Below, piece by piece: positions 56,589 to 64,000 of a DNA stretch of 64,000 bases; position 1 is the first letter of the stretch; the number at the start of each line of letters is the position of its first letter. Made by a program: the position numbers and the translations under genes. The notes below the pieces were generated by a model. That model made no database searches. It was given only the letters and a program-made list of their open reading frames with translations, and had not been told where the DNA came from. This stretch comes from Blastocystis sp. Blastoise (Eukaryota > Protista > Bigyra: Opalinata), in contig JBBPEB010000032.1 of assembly GCA_039096225.1 (NCBI GenBank), positions 434,001-498,000 of the forward strand. The letters run 5' to 3'.

Positions 56589-57297
56589 GTATATATATAT
56601 ATATATATACTATTTTCTTCATTTTCTTCATCATTATCTTCATCAGTATCTTCTGATAAATCAGATAACGACACATATCTAGAAAGAATTATAGAATAGT
56701 GTATAATATAATAATAATATATAATGTAATAATATAATAGTGTATAATATAATAATATAATATATAGATACTTCACGTCTTTATCATCTTTTTCTAAAGA
56801 AACAAGAGACATAAATATACCTTCTGCATCAGTATATACTAGATAATAAAATAAAATATAATAATATATTCATATACATTTATTCAAATTGATTCCACGA
56901 TAATAATAAATAGATGTTGTTCGATTCCAAACGGGTTTCCTTTCTATATAATCAAATATTCGATATATCGGTTACTTTAGAAATATAAAAATAAAAAAAA
57001 AAATACTTATTTTTGGAACTGTTTCTTTAGTACCATTTACAATAATACTGTCTTCCTATAAACATAAAATCAAAATATAAACAAGGAAAATATATCAACA
57101 TACGTATTCAGATATCTGCTGTGATCTTTCCTTTCTAGAAAAGGGAACAACAAAGCTACAATGAGGACAGATCGTCTCTTTTTGTTTTTCTTCATTTCTA
57201 AATTATATTAATAAATATTAGAGATAATCAATATACGAAGAAACTAACTCATTTTCTGTTTCCTCAATGTATATCTATGACAATGAGGACATTTCAT
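53643..57297 (-). CDS. Large low-complexity (N/D/E/K-rich) hypothetical, probably nuclear, with N-terminal CPHC...CPHC zinc ribbon
   Basis: About 10 exons joinable by GT-AG and many basic clusters. Exon 1 needs a small frame correction to join the second CPHC. Confidence 0.55.
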
Positions 57298-57538
57298 TTC
57301 TTATTTCTTTAAAATATATTCAAAAAGATATTGAATATGCTGACTAAATCTATTTAAAACAATGAATTGACTAAATTAATATCTCAAAATTGATAAAATG
57401 ATAAAAGAATAATTCTATTGTTTTTAAAACCATTCCTGAAAACCGCGGTTCTGAACGAGTTTTCCCTAGATGTTCATGAATTTTTCAATTATATTGTTTA
57501 TGTTCTTTTCTTAAATATTAACTCATATCCAAATAGTC

Positions 57539-58088
57539 ATGTCTAAAACTATCGAACCTAGTTTAAAAAGTCTTCAAGACAGTTTCAATAAATGCCAAGA
57601 TAATATCACTGAATATGTTCAACAACTCAAAACATTAGAAACTCAACGTAGTGAAAACACAATGGTTAAGGAAGAATTTGATTTATTAAAGGAAGATGCT
57701 ACCGTATTTAAATTGGTTGGACCTGTTTTATTAAAGAACGATGTTGATGATGCTAAGAGAAACGTTCAAGATCGTCTTAAGCTTATTGAATCACAAATGT
57801 ATGTTTTTTTTAATATATATTAATTGATTTTTATATAAATATAATATGAAATATATTATATTGTATATATATATATGTATATATATATATTATTCCATAG
57901 CAAAAGTCTTGATGATAGAATCACAAAGGAACAAGAATTACAAAATTCTTTAAGAGAAAGAGTATTTATCTTTATATTATGTGATAAACATAGATGATTC
58001 TAGAATCTACATTATATTTATATAGATCATTGCTTCTCAACAAAAAAGTGCTATGAATAAACTTGATAAAATGCCAAAACAACAGTAA
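57539..58088 (+). CDS. PFDN6: Prefoldin subunit 6, 3 exons
   Basis: LETQRSENTMVKEEFDLL..VFKLVGPVLLK..AKRNVQDRL. Confidence 0.92.
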
Positions 58089-58269
58089 ATTGTAGTCTAT
58101 CCTTAAGAATTCATTTCTTGAAGATTCTCTTAACATTTTTAACTTTGTATTTTGTTTGTTTGTTAGTTTTGTATATTTATTTATTATTTTTGATAAAAAT
58201 AAGGTACATTCATAAAAAACAACAGTAAATAACACTATGCTATAATAATATAATGAATAATAGTGAGGT

Positions 58270-58917
58270 CTATTTTTGATTTAAATAAGGAATTAGTGAA
58301 TTCATAGATATAGTTTCTTGTTGCATTGTCTGTAAATTCTTTATTCGAATCGAATCTTCTTTATCATCTTTTGATAAAAATATACAATATTTACTACAAC
58401 CAGAAGTGATTATCTATATTAATTATTTAGTGTAATGATAAGAAATTATCTAAAGTTTATGAATGAATATACTTTTAATGCTTTCTTGATATTTGTATTA
58501 TAATTAATATATGCTGGAATATTATGATTTCTTATATACTATAGATATATTAATATATATATAGTTATGTAGAATTGTAAGTATACATGAGCAAGAGAGA
58601 GTTGTTTTTGACGTAAAATCGATATACATTCAGGAGTGTCTGATTTGTCAACTTGACAAATAATCTATATATATTAATATAATAAACTTAGTAAATAATA
58701 ATGATATTATTGATAATACTATTAATAATAATATTGATAATATTATTAATAACGATATTATAATAGTGATTATATACAGTTATTCCATGATGTTCTGATG
58801 GAATTAATTCTTCGCGTGCGACCGTTAAAGCAACCCTCTCAACACCTGCTGACCAACCAATAGAAGGAAGAGGATTCTTATAATTAAGTGACGCCGATAA
58901 ATCATATCTACCCCCTG

Positions 58918-58965
<48 letters not shown>

Positions 58966-60631
58966 TATATATAATTATGTTTACTAAAGAATAATAAATT
59001 AACAAAAAATGAAAAATAAAGCTAATTGAATACTTATATATAAAATAATAATTCTTATGAGTTTATATATACAAGAACAGTAATATTTTCTTGATTAATG
59101 AATTCAAATGTAGTATGTTGATAATAATCTAAACCCCTCACTAAATGAGGGTCTGATTCTAACGGCAACGAATAGGATGAAAGTATAGAAAACACAGTTT
59201 CAAAATACTATATTCAAATAAGAATCAACCAAAAAGAATATCATCATATATATAAATGAATAAAGCATATAACATATATACATATAATTATATATATACC
59301 TGCTTTGAATAATTATTGAATGAATTTATCATCAACGGTGCATTCTTAATAATTTCTTGATCTTCTATCTCTTTACTATCTAATATACGAAGGATACTCC
59401 CGCGGGAATAACGATATTGACTCTCTTTGGATAAAGAATTTATATGAGTAGACATATAATTCTATATATAAAATAAACAAATATGAATATATATAAATAG
59501 ATACTTTTAATGTTCCATAATAATTATTCATACTTTCTCGATCCCCAAGGGAATTTATATGTATTTTAATCCCTTTATCTATATGTAAATCTTGCATAGT
59601 TTTCCAATTCATTAATATTAACTATATATATATATGTTGAAAGAAATATATATATATATGTTGAAAGAAATATTTATTTTTATATATATGTTGAAATAAA
59701 TAAATAAATATATATATATACATCAGCGTCAATATAGGGATTTTCTTCACCAATATATTCCCCGCCAAATTGAGTGAATTGGCGGTAACGACCCTTCTGA
59801 GGGCGTTCATATCGAAATACTGGTCCATACTAGAAAATAATAAGTATAATATATATATATATATTTTTATAAGTATAATAATAAATATTTATAATAAGTA
59901 TAATAAGAATTATAATAATAATAATAATCAATATAAGATATAAAATAAATAATAATATATAATAATGAATATAATAAATATACATAATAATATTTCTGTG
60001 GTAACGACTGTTGATAATTATTATTTAATAAAGCTCTATTTACACCTATATATATATATATTATAATATAAAAACAATAATATATATACCAGCTGTGTAC
60101 TCCGGTCGTAAACATATTTCTTCATCTGATTTATCTTTGAATTCATACATTTCCTTGATAAATAATAAAATAGAAAATAAAAGAAAAAAACAATTAAATA
60201 AAAGCAATAATAAATTTAAAAAATATATATAAATAGCCTTTATGACTTACTTTATGCGTAATATCAGTGTTTTCTCCAACTGTTTTTACAAACAAAGATT
60301 TCCTTTCAACAATTGGTGTAAATAAATTAAGAAACAAGTAAATCGAAAAATAAATAAGTGAAATAAAAATAAGGATATGTTTCCATATGTTCAAAACCGG
60401 ATAGTTCTGCATTATTACTCATTATTGAAATAATTTGTTTCATTAAAGATACTTTATTACACGTTACATTTAATAAAAATAATCAAATAGAGACTAAAAG
60501 GATATTTTACTATGTAATTTCATTTCTTCTGGCATAATATCATTCATCCCACGGACAGATGTGATTGTTGCTATTGATCGACATAAAAAATGTGCAGATT
60601 TGTTTTGTTGCTTCAGAATTTTTACAAACAT
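58270..60631 (-). CDS. hisS: Histidine-tRNA ligase, bacterial-type, organelle-targeted
   Basis: Presequence, then [67 protein letters not shown]. Confidence 0.93.
60318..60378 (-). other. U12-type AT-AC intron in HisRS
   Basis: Donor ATATCCTTA and end TTTCTTAATTTATTTAC. Removal restores HMETPIVE. Confidence 0.88.
60435..60505 (-). other. U12-type AT-AA intron in HisRS
   Basis: Perfect donor ATATCCTTTT and end TCTTTAATGAAACAA. It gives the 20-residue P-to-G spacing of bacterial HisS. An overlapping GT-AG option adds 4 aa. Confidence 0.7.
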
Positions 60632-60924
60632 TTTATGGCTACTTTATGTTTACACTCACTAAATCCTTAGATGATATAAATACAGCAAGATAAATATTTA
60701 AAATCAAGAATATGAAACAAATAACGTTTACTAAAATAATCAAGAGAAACATGAATTTCAAACCTTTTCTTATTAGTATTCCCAAAGAATCTTGATGTTT
60801 TAAAATCATTTTTGAATTGATTCTTGCTATATATTTTGTATTATTTTATCTTTATTTCAATAAGAAGCAATTGATCTACTCTAAAATTAAGGAATAAATC
60901 AATATTTATAATAGAAATTTTGTG

Positions 60925-63780
60925 ATGAGTGCCATTTACTTAGCATTAGGGTTCACTGTAATTGGTTTTGTTGTCGATAATGTATGGACTATAAAGTAAA
61001 TATATTTAATTAGTTATAGTACGTAAATAAAAAAGAAGTCATTAAACAAAAACAAGTGTATTTATTTTTATACTTATTTATTCTTTTTATGCTGTATGTA
61101 TATTATAAAGAAAAGAAAAGATAAATTTGAAACAAAGAATATCTGTTGAAGAAGATTCATCAAGTGATACAGATTCTGTTGGTGACGCAGAAGAAGATGA
61201 AAAACTGTTTCGCTGTTTTGATGATAATGTTGATACAGATGTTAGGCTCAATGGATATAAATCAAGATCAGGATCTGTATACATATATATATTTTTTTCC
61301 TTTTTATTTTTCTCAAGTTTTCTGAATCTATTTTTTCTCAATGATAATCATTGATTATATATATATATATATATATATATAGATATCTCAAGAATCTACT
61401 TCTTCTGAAACAAAGAATATTGAATCCTCAACATCTTCAAATGATATACAGTTACACGATTCTTCATCTTCTTCTTCTCTCTATTCTACTATTAGTAATA
61501 ATAGTAATAGTAGTAACGATAATCATAATAATAATAAAAATCAATCAACTTCTAAAGAAAAGAAATCGTATATATATAGTTATATAATAAATTATTACTC
61601 TATATATTCTAATATAGTTTTTAATTTTATTATTATTTGATTCTTATATATATATAATTCATTGTTTTCTTTTTTTATGACCTATATATATATAGTTTTT
61701 GGAGTTTTTGTGTCTGGATATTATATCCATTGTGTTTCCTTTTATTTCTTATTAATATAGTGCAGATATTCTCATTAATACGTGATATATATCATTATTA
61801 TCTATTACCGTATCTACCAGATAATATAGTACAAAAATTATCAGAGTTAAAAGTATTATTTATTCGATTATATATGCAAATTACAAATCAAGGAGGAAAG
61901 GCTTCTTCTTTTGTGTTCAATATTACCACGGAAATTCAAAGGATTTATCATAAACCTAATTATTATCAATATATAACTACAATGTATAGTAATATTGATG
62001 AATTTGTGATTTCTTTAACAAAATTCTTTCTCTCTATATTAACTTTTATTAATCTTATTTATTCTATTATTCGAGAGAAAAAGACAGATATGCTTTATAT
62101 TATATATCAAACGACTATTCAGAATTATCACGACTTTCCTTTCTCGACGATAACCACGGTTTTATTGGTGTTTGCTCTTCTCTTCTTTTGTGTATATTGT
62201 ATTGTATTTAGTGTTATCTTTATTATACGAAGTATTATTCATTTATTAATCACAATGGACGATCTTCCAGAAGAAAAACATTCTAAGTATATAGAAGTAA
62301 TAATAGGCTTTTTATTTATATTCTTATTCTTATTCTTATTCTTATTCTTATTCTTATTCTTATTCTTATTCTTATTCTTATTCTTATTCTTATTCTTATT
62401 ATTCTTATTCTTATTATATTAAAATTGTTATTCTTATTATTCTTATTATTCTTATTATTCTTATTATATTAAAATTGTTATTGTTATTATTGTTATTATT
62501 GTTATTATTGTTATTATTGTTATTATTGTTATTATTATATTAAAATTGATATTGCTATTGAGTTCAATATTGTAATTTCCTCTTATATTATATATATATA
62601 TAGACATAGAGTTGCTTCTCGAAGTGTTTCTACAAGTGTTTCCTATAATATTGAAAAAAAATTAATTTTTATTTATGAATACATAATTAATATTTTTGTT
62701 TTTTATATAATTTATATAATATATAGGATAATATGTATATATATATATATATATTTACTTATAGTTAATTCCTCTCACTCATACAACAGAATGTATTGTT
62801 CGAATGTTATGTTTATCAAAGACATATAAAGAAAAGAATAATGTACTTCAGTTTACATATAATCTTTATACAAGTATATAGTTTCTATTTTATATATGAT
62901 TCTATTTCTATTATTATTATTATTATATTTATTATTATTATATTCTATATATAAAGATGGATTATTAACAACTGTAGATATTAATCAGTTAACACAACTC
63001 AATATTATTAGTATATATATATATAATTATTCTCACAGTTAATATATAGATATAAGTTTATCTATCTATATATCTATATATCAATATATATCTATATCTA
63101 TCTATAGACTTCGATACATATATTTCATCAAAGAATATACAAGATAGCCCTCGTGATATTCCCACGGTTATTAATCCTGTCGAATCTGCTTCGAATGATA
63201 ATAATGTTAATACTAATATAAATATTAATACAAATAAGGATAATATGAAAATGAATGAAATGAATATACCATTAACTTCTACATCTTCACTTTCTCCCCG
63301 TGGGAAATTACGTAAATTCTATCGAATGGACTCTGTCTTATCTTCTACTACAAGTCACAGTGGAACATGTATGATTATTTATAATAATTATCTATATAAT
63401 AATAGTAATAATCATAGTAAAAATAATCATCAGTATAACTATATATATATATATATTCTCTAGTATCTCCAAAATCTTCAATAGATATAATTCCTTCTCA
63501 ATCCTCAGTACCTACTACTACTTCTCCTATTTCAGGAGATAATTATACTAGACCAAAACTTATTAGAAAGAGTAAAAGTATATATATATATACATATCAT
63601 TTTGTTAGTTATACAGTATAATAATAAATAATAAATATTCTATTAGTTCATATATATATAAATAATTATATGTAGGTAATACATCAGACGTACCTATTTC
63701 ATTATATTTATCAACATCCAGTAATGAGTCATTTGATATTGGTTCTACTAAAAGTATATATATATATTAACTAATTAGTC

Positions 63781-63836
<56 letters not shown>

Positions 63837-64000
63837 TTGTTATGTTTATTATTGTATAGAGAAATTACAGCCTCCTCAGTTACCTGTAAAACAATTATCT
63901 CGAAGTCGTATAATAATAATTAAATAATTTATATAATATTATATATATATTCTTTTAATATATATACTATATATGCAATAACATTATATATATAGCGTCA
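60925..64000 (+). CDS. Hypothetical multi-exon membrane protein with Ser/Pro-rich C-terminal region; runs off the right edge
   Basis: Hydrophobic N-terminus, joinable exons, and TM segments in 61730-62260. Confidence 0.55.

Noticed and set aside
57250-57297. Frame mismatch between the two CPHC exons as programmed frameshifting
   Set aside because: A small indel error or an unrecognised splice site is simpler, and no slippery site is evident.
31305-59505. GTATCTAT donors (DRAM, HisRS, hypothetical) as further U12 introns
   Set aside because: They have two mismatches to the U12 donor and no branch motif near the AG, so they are compatible with ordinary U2 introns.

Overview
This is a very AT-rich, intron-rich eukaryotic (protist) chromosome segment. 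It is probably from a Blastocystis-like stramenopile; this is inferred from the gene set, the organelle-targeted Hsp78 and HisRS, and TGTTTGTT 3' motifs. About 18 spliced genes can be reconstructed by hand: exportin-T (5' part missing or degenerate), an intact CACTA/EnSpm transposase with a divergent partner ORF, an SH3BGR/glutaredoxin-like protein, Vps15, a WASP-like protein, importin-alpha, mitochondrial ClpB/Hsp78, a DRAM/Frag1 membrane protein, a ZIP-like transporter, a ~4,100-aa secreted Ig-like/FN3 protein, a short eIF4G, MYCBP/FAP174, prefoldin 6, an organellar HisRS and several hypotheticals. There is also a ~335-bp MITE. Most poly-I/Y/N/L ORFs in the track are microsatellite-filled introns. 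The main finding is an unusually high density of minor-spliceosome (U12-type) AT-AC/AT-AA introns. At least six occur in four genes, among roughly 120 introns, with an ATATCYTT donor and mostly a TCTTTAAT-like branch site close to the acceptor. A separate set of odd splice sites (TT-AG, GG-AG, GT-AC) always copies the neighbouring exon base and is probably an RNA-polishing artefact.
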